Source: Polyangiaceae bacterium
GTDB taxonomy: Bacteria > Myxococcota_A > Polyangia > Polyangiales > Polyangiaceae
Assembly (NCBI GenBank): GCA_965222375.1
Contig: CBDCTZ010000012.1
Location: forward strand, 704,129-768,128
DNA length: 64,000 nucleotides
Reading direction: 5' to 3'
The notes below the pieces were generated by a model. It did no database searches. It was not told the DNA's origin and worked only from the letters and a program-made list of their open reading frames with translations. Below are positions 47,662 through 57,253 of the stretch, one piece after another. Within the stretch, counting starts at the first letter, position 1. Each line of letters opens with the position of its first letter. The translations under genes and the position numbers were made by a program.

Positions 47662-47803
47662 CTAGAACACCATGGTCACCGCTTTCGCAGCGGTGCGGAG
47701 TTGCCAGGTCGCGCGCGGTTACGACGACCTGCGCAGCAGTGCTTTCGCGCTGGCGCTCCAGAAGGTGGCGCAAGTCTACTCCGGCGCCGGCATATTTCCC
47801 TGA
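47662..47803 (+). pseudogene. 3' remnant of a Glu/Leu/Phe/Val (glutamate) dehydrogenase gene
   Basis: 47669-47803 translates TMVTAFAAVRSCQVARGYDDLRSSAFALALQKVAQVYSGAGIFP*, matching the typical GDH C-terminus (TM..AF..V...DLRTAA...A..KVA..Y...GIFP). Confidence 0.7.
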
Positions 47804-48960
47804 GCTGTCCCCGCTAGGTGGCGCACCAGGGCCACGGCGTCCCCAAGCCGCTTCCCGGCGCGGCCGCCTGCAGGTGCGAGAGGAACTGCCAATCCATGTT
47901 GCGCCACGCAATGCTCCAGCGTGCCCAACAGGCTAGGGTATAGTCGACGGTGCACGGACTTGATGCACGTAGATGCACGGCCTGACACGCTTTGGGACAT
48001 CGCATCCAGGGTGCGCTGATGCCACGCCGCAAGCAGCGGTCGTGGTCCTGTGAATTGTCGAAAGCTCTGTCGTACCTCATCTAGCGCTCGGGTGTGAACT
48101 TGGTCGGGGCGCTGGCTTTGGGCGACGTGCAGTGGATTGGCGGCCTCGGGAATGGGCAAGTAGGCCTCGAAACCCTCGCCGTCCCGAGCTCGCCAGGCGA
48201 CCCATTGGATGATCTCTCGGCCACGAGGAGTGGGAACACGTTCCAAGTACACCACGACCAGGCGCTGCCAGTCCTCCGCGAAGGCGCGAGGCAAGAGGCG
48301 TAAGGACGCAGTTCGACGCCGCGCGGGCGCACGTTGACAGCGCTTGCGGGTCGCGGCCAGTTCGATCTGCCGATCGATCATAGTGTCAAACGCGGCCAGT
48401 AGTTGATCCGTCCCCGCTAGTTCTGGCTCCAAGGTGCGGAGCGCAAGCAGGATCGCCTCGATGGTGGAAATGCATTCCTGACGTGGCTCCCGCCGCAAGC
48501 GATATCGGCTCGTGGCAGCGGGACGAAGTCGGGCGCGGGGCAAGCTGCGCAGAATGGGCAAGTCGCGCAGAAGCGTCTTGGCGTGGTGCCAGGTGCCGTC
48601 GACGACGACGACCTCCGAAACTGAATAGGGCAGCTGGGAAAGCTCGGGAACGTCATGATCCGGATACAGCAGGACCGCGCGCTCGTGGAGCGCCGGAGCT
48701 GGGGGCGGCAGGTGCCTATGGGTTACGAATAGTCTTGAATTGGCGAGACCGAGTTCCGCGAAACGCGCCGTCCCGAGGGGATGAAAGCGTTCGCGCGGAT
48801 GTTGAAAGATCGTGATACGAGTCTGATTGGCGATGCGCTTCACGCTGGCGCAAACGCAGGATACAGCTGGCTTGTGGCAGCGCACACAGGTTGGTCGCGG
48901 GTCGGCATGGGTGCCAAGCGCTGCGTGACCAAGCGGCGCCCCGGCGGCTGGGTTCGCCAT
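47776..48960 (-). CDS. DTW domain protein (tRNA acp3U transferase family) with extra C-terminal domain
   Basis: CxxC...CxC, QHPRE, VVDGTW..AK, SRYRLRREP, STIEA. Confidence 0.88.
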   Translation of the reverse strand: MANPAAGAPLGHAALGTHADPRPTCVRCHKPAVSCVCASVKRIANQTRITIFQHPRERFHPLGTARFAELGLANSRLFVTHRHLPPPAPALHERAVLLYPDHDVPELSQLPYSVSEVVVVDGTWHHAKTLLRDLPILRSLPRARLRPAATSRYRLRREPRQECISTIEAILLALRTLEPELAGTDQLLAAFDTMIDRQIELAATRKRCQRAPARRRTASLRLLPRAFAEDWQRLVVVYLERVPTPRGREIIQWVAWRARDGEGFEAYLPIPEAANPLHVAQSQRPDQVHTRALDEVRQSFRQFTGPRPLLAAWHQRTLDAMSQSVSGRASTCIKSVHRRLYPSLLGTLEHCVAQHGLAVPLAPAGGRAGKRLGDAVALVRHLAGTAQGNMPAPE

Positions 48961-48961
48961 C

Positions 48962-50821
48962 CTACTTGTGTGGCCCTTTTCCCCGACCCTTGTCTTTCCC
49001 TTTTCCCTTCTCCTTTTTCTCTTTTTCTTTCTTCTTCTCGGGCTTGGACGCAGGCGGCGCTACTGCCGGTGGCAGCACCATGTTGGTTGCGGTCGCGGCT
49101 GGTTTGGGGCTGGGGGCGGGCGCCGCCTTTGGTGCTGGGTCCGGCGTCGTGGGCGCTGCAGCTGTCTGAGGTTTTGCCTGGGGGGCAGTGGAAGCAGCCT
49201 GCGGCGCCGCCCTTGGCGAACCCGCGGCACCCGCAGCAGCCGTATCCGTACTTGCGGCGGTGGTTGGGCTGCTCGCCGCAGCCTTCGAGGTGTCGCTAGG
49301 GGTCTGGGTCGGTGCTGTGCCAGTTGGTGACGGGTCGATAGCGGTCGTCATCGGACTCACGCCCACGGCTGAAGGTGGCAGCTGCTCACCTTCGAGTGCG
49401 TCGGCGCCATATTCGTAGAATGCGTAAGCGGCCCCGACGCTGATGAGTCCAACCACGCCAACTGCGCCCAAAAGAAACAGCAGAAGCAGGCCTCCGCGCT
49501 TCTTCGTTGGGGGCGTCGACGGTTGGGTCGTAGCGGCGCCGTACTGGAGCGAGGCCGGCGGCGTGTCGTAGCCCGGGTAGGCGGCGGACGCAGGCGGCAC
49601 GGAGTCGTAGGCTGTCTGAGGGGCGACGCCGCCATGCTGGAGCGAGTGCGGGGCGGCCGACGGCGGCGACGCGTCCGCACCCGGGCGGACTGATGCCGGG
49701 GCAGGGGTCTCAGGTCCGGGATCGAAGGCAGCGCCTGCGACGGAGTTGGGTGGCATGGCGTCCTGCCATGCTCCTGAGTGCCGACCGACGGATGCCGGAC
49801 CCGTCTCGACGCTCGGCTGCATCCCATGAGCGGCGTCGGTCGCGGCCCCACCGGCGACCGGGGCCACTCGGGACGAAGGTACCGGCGCGACCATGTCCAC
49901 TCGGGTCGGTGCGTCCCGCGATGTCTGTACGCCCTGGCCCACGGCGAAGGGCGGCACCTGCCCCGCGCGGGCCGCGCGCACGTCGCCCTGCATCGTCTTG
50001 GCGTCTGGGTAGCGCGCGTCTCGGGAAAACGCCAAGGAAAGGTCGATGATGGAGCTGACGTAGGGACTCACCTGCGGTGCAATACTGGCTAAGGACGGGA
50101 CCGGCTGGGTTGCCATCGCCATCAAGAGTTCTGCCTCACTGGGTGCTTCGTGCACGCGCCGCCCGGACAAGATCCGAAATGCCGATGCGCCGAGCGCGAA
50201 CAGATCAGCGCGACCGTCCAGCTCGGCGCGTCGCCCCAGGGCTTGCTCCGGAGGCATATAGGGTACTGTGCCCAAGGCGAGGCCGGTTCGGGTTTTGAAG
50301 TCGCCAGGTAGCTCGTCGATCATCCTCGCGAGACCGAAGTCCAGAACCTCTACGCGTCCGTCGTTGCACAGAAACAAGTTGTCCGGCTTGATGTCCCGGT
50401 GAATGATACCTTGGCCGTGGGCCACTGCGAGCACGTCGAGGACTTGATCGAGAACACCCAGCAGCTCCTCTTCGGACATGCCCTGGCGCTTGACTCGCGA
50501 GGCCAAAGGCTCGCCTTCTAACAGCTCCATCACCAGGTAGGCTTCGGGGCTATCGCTGTGCTCGACCACTGCCACAGCGCCTGGATGCCCGACCTTGTTC
50601 GCGACGTAGGCTTCTCGGATGAAACGCTCCCGTACATCCTTCTTGCGCGCCATCTCCGGGTGCAGGATCTTCACTGCGGCATGCTGGTTGTTCGGACCTC
50701 GGGCGCGATACACCGCAGCCATGCCACCCGAGCCCAAAAGAGCGTCGAGTCGCCACTTGCCGCCGACGACGCCTCCCACCCGCGCACGCAGGTCGGCGTC
50801 TTCTTCTGCCTCAGTGCTCAA
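48962..50821 (-). CDS. Membrane Ser/Thr protein kinase
   Basis: LGSGGMAAVY, AVKIL, HRDIKPDN, LDFGLAR, GTVPYMPPEQ, ADLFALG; TM then Pro/Ala-rich and Lys-rich tail. Confidence 0.95.
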   Translation of the reverse strand: MSTEAEEDADLRARVGGVVGGKWRLDALLGSGGMAAVYRARGPNNQHAAVKILHPEMARKKDVRERFIREAYVANKVGHPGAVAVVEHSDSPEAYLVMELLEGEPLASRVKRQGMSEEELLGVLDQVLDVLAVAHGQGIIHRDIKPDNLFLCNDGRVEVLDFGLARMIDELPGDFKTRTGLALGTVPYMPPEQALGRRAELDGRADLFALGASAFRILSGRRVHEAPSEAELLMAMATQPVPSLASIAPQVSPYVSSIIDLSLAFSRDARYPDAKTMQGDVRAARAGQVPPFAVGQGVQTSRDAPTRVDMVAPVPSSRVAPVAGGAATDAAHGMQPSVETGPASVGRHSGAWQDAMPPNSVAGAAFDPGPETPAPASVRPGADASPPSAAPHSLQHGGVAPQTAYDSVPPASAAYPGYDTPPASLQYGAATTQPSTPPTKKRGGLLLLFLLGAVGVVGLISVGAAYAFYEYGADALEGEQLPPSAVGVSPMTTAIDPSPTGTAPTQTPSDTSKAAASSPTTAASTDTAAAGAAGSPRAAPQAASTAPQAKPQTAAAPTTPDPAPKAAPAPSPKPAATATNMVLPPAVAPPASKPEKKKEKEKKEKGKGKDKGRGKGPHK

Positions 50822-50968
50822 GGAACCTCACAAAACCCGCATCTTTTTGCCCAGACCGCAGCCCGGGGCCCCGAGAGCCGATTGTACGCTCCCGGCACTC
50901 AAGTTTTTCCCCGGTCGGCTCGGAAAGCAATGGGCACAGAGGCGAAGAATTCGCGTTATCGTGTTGCC

Positions 50969-51370
50969 ATGACGCCGAACGAGAAATGCATCGTGAAGTC
51001 TCTTGTGGCAGTAGCGTGGGCTGACGGCAAGGTCGAGCAGGTCGAAGAACACGTGATCGAGGGGCTCCTGGCGGGCTTCGACGCCAGCGAGGAAGAGGAG
51101 AAAGAGCTCGTCGAGTACGCCAAAACGAAGCGCACTCTGGCGGACGATATTCCGGCGAATGAACTGTCGGATGAAGACAAGGAGCTACTTCTGGCGAACG
51201 CGGCGCTTCTGGCACACGCCGACGGGGACCAGAGCGACGAAGAGCGCGAGCTGTTGATTCGCCTCATCAAGATCCTCGACCTCGACGAAGCGACTGCGAG
51301 CACGATTCTCGATTCGGTCAAAGACGGCGCGCTGCAACTCGGCTCCAAAGTTCTAGAGCCCCTGGACTGA
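50969..51370 (+). CDS. TerB-like protein, paralogue of 6271-6654
   Basis: KSLVAVAWADGKVEQVE...YAKTKRTL...LLAHADGDQSDEERELL. Confidence 0.82.
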   Translation: MTPNEKCIVKSLVAVAWADGKVEQVEEHVIEGLLAGFDASEEEEKELVEYAKTKRTLADDIPANELSDEDKELLLANAALLAHADGDQSDEERELLIRLIKILDLDEATASTILDSVKDGALQLGSKVLEPLD

Positions 51371-51374
51371 ACGC

Positions 51375-51863
51375 ATGCTTGACAAGACCGAGCAAAAGTT
51401 CCTGACAGGGGACGATACGCAAACCGTCGTGCAATCCGTGTCATCCGTTTTATACCAAAGTGGGATCACGTTGACCCAAACGGGCCCCACCCAATGGAGC
51501 GGTCGTGGAACCGTGGCCAGCTATGGGATGGTGCCGAAGGTGAGTCTCACGCTCAACCCCGGGCAAGGGGGGAGTTATTGCGACATTCGAGTAGGCCCGG
51601 ATTTCGAAACCAACTCCGTCGTCATCATCTTGGTCGCGTGGTTGTTCTTCTTCCCCATCGCCATCGTATTGCTCGTGCTCGGCTACCAAGATTGGCAGAA
51701 CCGTCAGAACTACTTGTTCCAATCCCTGTGGACGCCCCTCTCCAACAGAATCGCCGCACCGCCGGGTGGGGCAGGAGGCTGGGGCGCGCCCGCGCAAGGT
51801 CTACAGGGCGGGCCTCCGCCGCAGCAGCAACCCCCAGGCGGCTGGGGTGCGGGCCAGGCGTGA
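51375..51863 (+). CDS. Hypothetical membrane protein with Gly/Pro/Gln tail
   Basis: Hydrophobic hairpin VVIILVAWLFFFPIAIVLLVLG; operon-like packing. Confidence 0.7.
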   Translation: MLDKTEQKFLTGDDTQTVVQSVSSVLYQSGITLTQTGPTQWSGRGTVASYGMVPKVSLTLNPGQGGSYCDIRVGPDFETNSVVIILVAWLFFFPIAIVLLVLGYQDWQNRQNYLFQSLWTPLSNRIAAPPGGAGGWGAPAQGLQGGPPPQQQPPGGWGAGQA

Positions 51864-52669
51864 CGGGTTCGAGCATATTTCGTAGGAACTTGCTGTCAGA
51901 CCGCGTCGTCCTCGTGACCGGTGGCGGGAGCGGGATTGGTCGTGGAATTGCGCTTCGTTTCGCTCAGCACGGGGCAAAGTTGGCGTTGCTGGGGCGCACG
52001 GCCAGCAAGCTCGAGTCCGTGGCGGAGGAGGCGCGGGGCTACGGCACCGAGGCGGCCGTGTTCGCTCTCGACGTGCGTGATTACGAGGCGGTCGAGAGAG
52101 CGGTCGCCGGCGCGGTGGATGCATTCGGCCGATTGGATACCGTCGTCTGTTCCGCGGCCGGCAACTTCTTGTCGCCGGCCGCCAGCTTGTCTTCGAATGG
52201 TTTCAAGGCGGTGATCGACATCGACCTCGTGGGGACCTTCAACACCTGTCGCGCAGCGTTCCAGCAGCTGGCCGTGCGCGGTGGAAGCGTGCTGAGCATT
52301 ACTGCGACCCAGGCGTGGATCCCGACGCCGCTGCAATGTCACGCTGGCGCCGCCAAGGCGGGAATCGCCAAGTTGACCCAGGATCTGGCGCTGGAGTGGG
52401 GAAAATCGAAGGTGCGCGTCAACGCGATTGCGCCGGGACCCATTGATGACACCGAAGGCATGCGCCGCTTGGCACCCACCGATTCGGGGGCTCGCGAGAA
52501 GCTAACCGAGAAGATGCCCGTCGGTCGCTTCGGGACCATCGACGAGATCGCCGACGTAGCCGTATTCCTGAGCTCGGATGCTGCGGGTTTCATCACCGGC
52601 ACGACAGTGGTGGCTGATGGTGGTCAAGCTCTGCTTGGCGCCACGGGCTTCACGGAACTGATGGCCTAG
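51860..52669 (+). CDS. SDR oxidoreductase, 2,4-dienoyl-CoA reductase-like
   Basis: TGGGSGIG, AAGNFLSPAASLSSNGFKAVIDIDLVGTF, HAGAAKAG, VNAIAPGPI; GTG start overlaps the upstream stop. Confidence 0.9.
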   Translation: MTGSSIFRRNLLSDRVVLVTGGGSGIGRGIALRFAQHGAKLALLGRTASKLESVAEEARGYGTEAAVFALDVRDYEAVERAVAGAVDAFGRLDTVVCSAAGNFLSPAASLSSNGFKAVIDIDLVGTFNTCRAAFQQLAVRGGSVLSITATQAWIPTPLQCHAGAAKAGIAKLTQDLALEWGKSKVRVNAIAPGPIDDTEGMRRLAPTDSGAREKLTEKMPVGRFGTIDEIADVAVFLSSDAAGFITGTTVVADGGQALLGATGFTELMA

Positions 52670-52677
52670 GTGCGTGT

Positions 52678-53310
52678 TCATTTCTTCGGTCCGAGGCCCA
52701 GCAGGGTGCGCTCGGCGGGCGGGGGCCGCGGTGGCGGGGGTGGAATACTCAGAGCGTGCTCACCAATTCCGAGACCAGATACGCCCCCAGAGACGATGAA
52801 GGCCATGACGTCACCAGAGGATGCCTCGACGCTGCGGACGCGAGTCTTCGGGACAACTACGAGGTTGCCTGCGAAGTTGTAGGACTGAGGGAAGTACACC
52901 GCGACGTGGTCGCTCAGCCTGAGGGGGCCGAGGCTTTCACGAGTGACGAAGCCGAGCGCGCACAAGTCCGGGTCTCCAGTCAGGGAGACGAGCACCGGGC
53001 GATCGAATCGCTTCTTGTCTCCAACGAAGGCGTTGATCAGGTCTTTGATCGACGAATACATCAGCTTCACGAGCGGTACCCGGATGAGCCAACGTTCCAG
53101 CTGGTTCACGACCGCATTGCCCACTACATTCGATGTCGCGAACCCGACCGCCGTGACAAGCAGCACCGTGAGCAAGAACCCAAGGCCCGGGATCCCAATC
53201 GGCAAGATCTGATCGATCGTGACGACTGCGAGCCAACCGAGGTAGAACGTGATGCCCACGGGTGCGATCACGAGGCATCCTCGCCAGAAATAGCCAAGTA
53301 GCGTCTTCAT
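52678..53310 (-). CDS. DUF502 domain membrane protein
   Basis: F..G.LVIAP..IT, IPGLG, RVPLVKLMYSSIKD, GFVT, VYFP, SGG. Confidence 0.88.
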   Translation of the reverse strand: MKTLLGYFWRGCLVIAPVGITFYLGWLAVVTIDQILPIGIPGLGFLLTVLLVTAVGFATSNVVGNAVVNQLERWLIRVPLVKLMYSSIKDLINAFVGDKKRFDRPVLVSLTGDPDLCALGFVTRESLGPLRLSDHVAVYFPQSYNFAGNLVVVPKTRVRSVEASSGDVMAFIVSGGVSGLGIGEHALSIPPPPPRPPPAERTLLGLGPKK

Positions 53311-53424
53311 GTTGGGGTGTCACATAACGAATGCAGCCCTCGCCGAAAAGGGCGCAGTTGATTCCGCGGTTCGTGGGGGGACTCGCAAGGCAGACGCACC
53401 CCAGTACGAAATCGGGTCACACAG

Positions 53425-54576
53425 TTGACTCGAACGCGCATCGTCCGTCTGCGGCTGGCAACCCTAGCCAATTTCTTTTTTTTCGTTAGCGTCACCAGCT
53501 TCTTCACTTTGCCCGTGCACCTGGAGGGTTTGGGAGCCAGTCGCGCTGAGCTGGGGCGGGTGATGGGGAGCTTTGGCGCCGTGTCCTTGTGGGCCATCCC
53601 GCTGACGGGATCCCTGGCGGACCGGTTCGGTAGGCGCCCTTTTTTGGCGCTGGGCGCTTGCCTGTGGTGCGCCACGGCGGTGTCCTTCGCCTCCGTCGAT
53701 CGCCTCGGGACCTTGGTCTACGCTCTGCGGCTACTGCAAGGGCTCTCCTTCTCGCTGGTGTTTGTTTCCACGAACGCCTTGGTTGTGGACCTGGCGCCGG
53801 AAGGGCAGCTGGGGAGGTCGATCGCAATCTTTGGTACGGCCACGTTGGCGGCACATGCCGTTGGGCCGAGCCTTTCCGAACTCGTGGTCAAGCACATCGA
53901 GTTCTCGGGCCTATTCGTTGCGGCGGCCGCTGTTGGGGTGCTGGCGCTCATCGGGTTCTGGGGCGTCGGCGAAACGCAGACTCGCCGTGACCCCAAAGAA
54001 GCCAAGTACTCGACCCGACAGCTGCTGAGGCGGCCCGCGGCGCAGGGCACACTGTGGGCGGCGTTCGCCGCTGCCTCGGCCTTCGGTTGCGCGATTCACT
54101 TCATCAGCGTTTTCGTGCGCGCTCGAGGCCTGGGCGCCCATACGCCCTTTTTCGTGAGCTATGTTGCGTTGGCTATCCTGGTCCGCTTCACCATGGGAGG
54201 GCTGGGTGACCGGATTGGGCACCATCGGGTGGCCGTTGCGGCGACGAGCCTTTTTGGGCTCGCGGTTTTCGGGCTCGGGGCCGCGACGTCGCCGGCAGCG
54301 TTGGTGGTGTTCGGTGCCGTGTTCGGGGCAGCCCACGGGATGTCCTATCCTTCCCTCAACGCGCTGTTCGTGGCGGGGGTGCCGCCATCGGCTCGAGCTC
54401 GGGCGATGGCTGCCTTCAACCTCGCTTTCAACCTGGGCGTGACCTTGTCCGCGTTCGTTGCTGGCGAGTTGGCGCAACGCTTCGGGTACACGGTCATGTG
54501 GTTCGTATTCGGCGCCGTGACGCTGGTCGGCGCTGCAGCCGCTGCTCTGGATCGTCCACGACCCGCGGCGGCGTGA
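53425..54576 (+). CDS. MFS transporter
   Basis: GSLADRFGRR motif A, LRLLQG, GLGDRIG; about 12 TM segments. Confidence 0.92.
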   Translation: MTRTRIVRLRLATLANFFFFVSVTSFFTLPVHLEGLGASRAELGRVMGSFGAVSLWAIPLTGSLADRFGRRPFLALGACLWCATAVSFASVDRLGTLVYALRLLQGLSFSLVFVSTNALVVDLAPEGQLGRSIAIFGTATLAAHAVGPSLSELVVKHIEFSGLFVAAAAVGVLALIGFWGVGETQTRRDPKEAKYSTRQLLRRPAAQGTLWAAFAAASAFGCAIHFISVFVRARGLGAHTPFFVSYVALAILVRFTMGGLGDRIGHHRVAVAATSLFGLAVFGLGAATSPAALVVFGAVFGAAHGMSYPSLNALFVAGVPPSARARAMAAFNLAFNLGVTLSAFVAGELAQRFGYTVMWFVFGAVTLVGAAAAALDRPRPAAA

Positions 54577-54582
54577 GAGCGC

Positions 54583-55743
54583 TCAAGGCGTTGCCAAGTC
54601 CAGCTTCAGGACCCGCTTGGCGTTCAAGCCGTAGACCTTGGCGAGAATGTCTTTGCTGAGACCAATTCCATCGATGGTCCAGCTGCCCTGGATGGGCGTG
54701 GGGTGGGCGAACTCCCGATCTTCGGTTTCGAAGTAGCGCTTGGTGGCGGAGAAGAAGAGCGCGACTTCATCCTTGGTTGGCGGATCTGCCCCGCTCGAAC
54801 CCAAGAACAACGGAGTGTTTCCTGGGCCGACGCCGAGATCCGAGCCGAACAGGATCCGGTCCTGAAACTCCTCGAAGAAGGCCCGCATCTTCGCCGGCGC
54901 GTGGCGTCCCATTTCTGGGATGCGCGCGGCAGTGTCGATGTACAGGTTTGGGTACTCCCGGAGGGCCCGAGCCACACGATCCGGTTCCTCGGCGGCGTTC
55001 CCGAAGTGAACCGAGATGAACGTGGTTCTTGGGTGCCGGGCAATGCGGCGCTCCAATTGGTCGAGGATCTCGTCAAAGCTCGGGACATTCCGACCGTGCT
55101 GGGACCAACCAGGGTGAGCCGAGAGCTCGGCAAAGCGCTCGTTCTTCTCGTCGACGGGCTGCCAGAATGCCTTGGGATCCCCCGAGTGGATGGCTACCGG
55201 CATCTGTAGTTCAGCGGCGGTTTCGAACACCACATCGAGCTCCGGGTCGTCGACTGGAATCAGACGCTGCTTGGGGTCGTAAAGCCCGAGCCCCAGGGCT
55301 TTGGCGATCTTCAGCCCTCGGGCGCCCTGCTGGTGCGCCAGGCGCAATGCCTTCGCCATCCTCGCGCCGTAGCCGGGACGCTCGGCTTGCTCGTAGGCGA
55401 GGGTCGTGAACACGGTAACGCGACCCCCCGAGGCGCGTGCAGCGCGAATCTGGGCCGGAAGGTTGTCCAGCGGGTGCCCCCCCGAGAGATTCACGACGTG
55501 GTCGATGCCGTATTGCTGCATCAGTTTCGCCATCCGCGGCACAGCTCGAGACGACATGTGCACGTGGACGTCCACGACGAACGGCTTTGAGGGTGGCGGC
55601 GGTGGGGCCACGGACAGGGATGCAGTGGGGAGTGGCCGTGCCGCTTGCCCGGCAGAGCGTAGGCTGGCCCAGATCGCCAGGCCGATCCCGAGAGCCAGAG
55701 CGACGCCCAAAGCGATCTTGCCGCGCGGAAGCTTTCTGCTCAC
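54583..55743 (-). CDS. Amidohydrolase family protein (membrane-anchored/exported)
   Basis: [43 protein letters not shown]. Confidence 0.88.
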   Translation of the reverse strand: MSRKLPRGKIALGVALALGIGLAIWASLRSAGQAARPLPTASLSVAPPPPPSKPFVVDVHVHMSSRAVPRMAKLMQQYGIDHVVNLSGGHPLDNLPAQIRAARASGGRVTVFTTLAYEQAERPGYGARMAKALRLAHQQGARGLKIAKALGLGLYDPKQRLIPVDDPELDVVFETAAELQMPVAIHSGDPKAFWQPVDEKNERFAELSAHPGWSQHGRNVPSFDEILDQLERRIARHPRTTFISVHFGNAAEEPDRVARALREYPNLYIDTAARIPEMGRHAPAKMRAFFEEFQDRILFGSDLGVGPGNTPLFLGSSGADPPTKDEVALFFSATKRYFETEDREFAHPTPIQGSWTIDGIGLSKDILAKVYGLNAKRVLKLDLATP

Positions 55744-55833
55744 CGCCGCAGCTTACACCAGCAAAACTCGAACGAGCGCTTGTCGGGCGAGACGACGCTT
55801 GGACCGATTCGCCAAATGTTATACGCCCCAGTC

Positions 55834-56349
55834 ATGAAAAGACTCTGGCTGCCTGTGCTGTTTCTTTCGTCCCCTTTGCTGGCGAGTGGGTGCCAGGAGA
55901 AGGTGCCCGAGCTCGAATCTCGGCCCCGCCCCGCCGCCGCTCCAGCGGAGGTTCCGCCCAGCGCGAGCGCCGCCGAAAGGCCTGTGCCCCCCGACGCATC
56001 TAGTGCTGAAGGGGGGGCGGCCGGCAGGCTGAAAACCGAGGACACCAAAGTCGGCAAAGGGCCCGCCGCCAAGAAGGGCGACACGGTCAAAGTTCACTAC
56101 ACGGGGACGTTGATGGACGGCACCAAGTTTGACAGCTCTCGGGACCGAGGCGATCCATTCTCGTTCACCTTGGGGCAAGGAATGGTCATCAAGGGATGGG
56201 ATGAGGGCGTCCCGGGCATGAAGAAGGGCGGCAAACGCAAACTCACCATACCTAGCGACATGGCCTACGGCACGCGAGGGAGCCCGCCCAAGATCCCGCC
56301 GAATGCAGACCTGAAGTTCGACGTCGAGTTGGTCGAAATAGTCAAGTAA
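55834..56349 (+). CDS. FKBP-type peptidyl-prolyl isomerase lipoprotein
   Basis: Lipobox [42 protein letters not shown]. Confidence 0.95.
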   Translation: MKRLWLPVLFLSSPLLASGCQEKVPELESRPRPAAAPAEVPPSASAAERPVPPDASSAEGGAAGRLKTEDTKVGKGPAAKKGDTVKVHYTGTLMDGTKFDSSRDRGDPFSFTLGQGMVIKGWDEGVPGMKKGGKRKLTIPSDMAYGTRGSPPKIPPNADLKFDVELVEIVK

Positions 56350-56352
56350 CGT

Positions 56353-57201
56353 CTACGTCGATCCTAAGACGCGCAGCAGCCCCTCGAGACGGCGCACGGC
56401 GAAACGCTCCGTCGGCGGCAGGGAAGCGCCGGCGAGAGCATGAACGTAGCGCTCGAAACCGGCGCGGCTGACGCCGGGGATGCGGCGCAGCAGCGTGTGC
56501 AGCTCGTCTACGACGTCCAGGGGCAGCGGTCGGTTCAGCTGGGTATACAAGTCCACCGCATAGTCGATCCAACCTGGCTTCTTCGTCGCGTTGGCCAGCA
56601 AGATCGCATAACGCGCCGACTTCTCGGCAAGCTCCGGCTGCACGTTTCCTGCCTTCGCGTCGGAGGCGACTTGAGCGAGGGTGCCGGACAGTAGCTGCTC
56701 TGCCTCGCCACCTCGCCCCAGAGCCAGCGCCTTGTCCACCAGCCCCGCCAAGAGCGCGAAGCGGTCCTCTCGCCGTCGCGCCAAGGTCGTTTCCTCGTTC
56801 TGTTCTGCTACCCGGACGTCGAGGGTGTTCGCGCGTCGGAGTTCCGGTGCTGTGATCGATTTGCGCCGTTCGTCATCGAGACGTACGAGTTCGAGTAACT
56901 CGTCGGCGACGCTTATTCGCGCACCGATCTTCAGGGGCTGCCTGCCGGCCACCGCCTTGGAATCGACTTTGACGCCATTGATGCTGCCCAAATCGACGAG
57001 CACGACGTTGTCCCGGGTTACCAGGAGCTTCGCGTGTCGCCGGGAGACCAGAGCGCTATCCAGAACGACGTGGCAATCCGTCCCGCGGCCCACCAAGAGC
57101 TCCCCCTCGGGCAGGGGGATCGTGCGGCGTCCGTGCACCAGGGCGAAGGTTGGCACCTCCGACTCCGACATCGTCCTGCCTAGCTTTCCACCGTCGGTCA
57201 T
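56353..57201 (-). CDS. FHA domain protein
   Basis: LVGRG.DC...VSRRHA...DLGSING. Confidence 0.9.
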   Translation of the reverse strand: MTDGGKLGRTMSESEVPTFALVHGRRTIPLPEGELLVGRGTDCHVVLDSALVSRRHAKLLVTRDNVVLVDLGSINGVKVDSKAVAGRQPLKIGARISVADELLELVRLDDERRKSITAPELRRANTLDVRVAEQNEETTLARRREDRFALLAGLVDKALALGRGGEAEQLLSGTLAQVASDAKAGNVQPELAEKSARYAILLANATKKPGWIDYAVDLYTQLNRPLPLDVVDELHTLLRRIPGVSRAGFERYVHALAGASLPPTERFAVRRLEGLLRVLGST

Positions 57202-57253
57202 GGGACTGCCCCTGCGGACGTGAGCCTACGTCGAGCACGCCGGACGGTAAAGC

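Noticed and set aside
53311..53424. Riboswitch upstream of the MFS transporter
   Set aside because: Only short hairpins (GCCCT/AGGGC); no recognisable riboswitch consensus.
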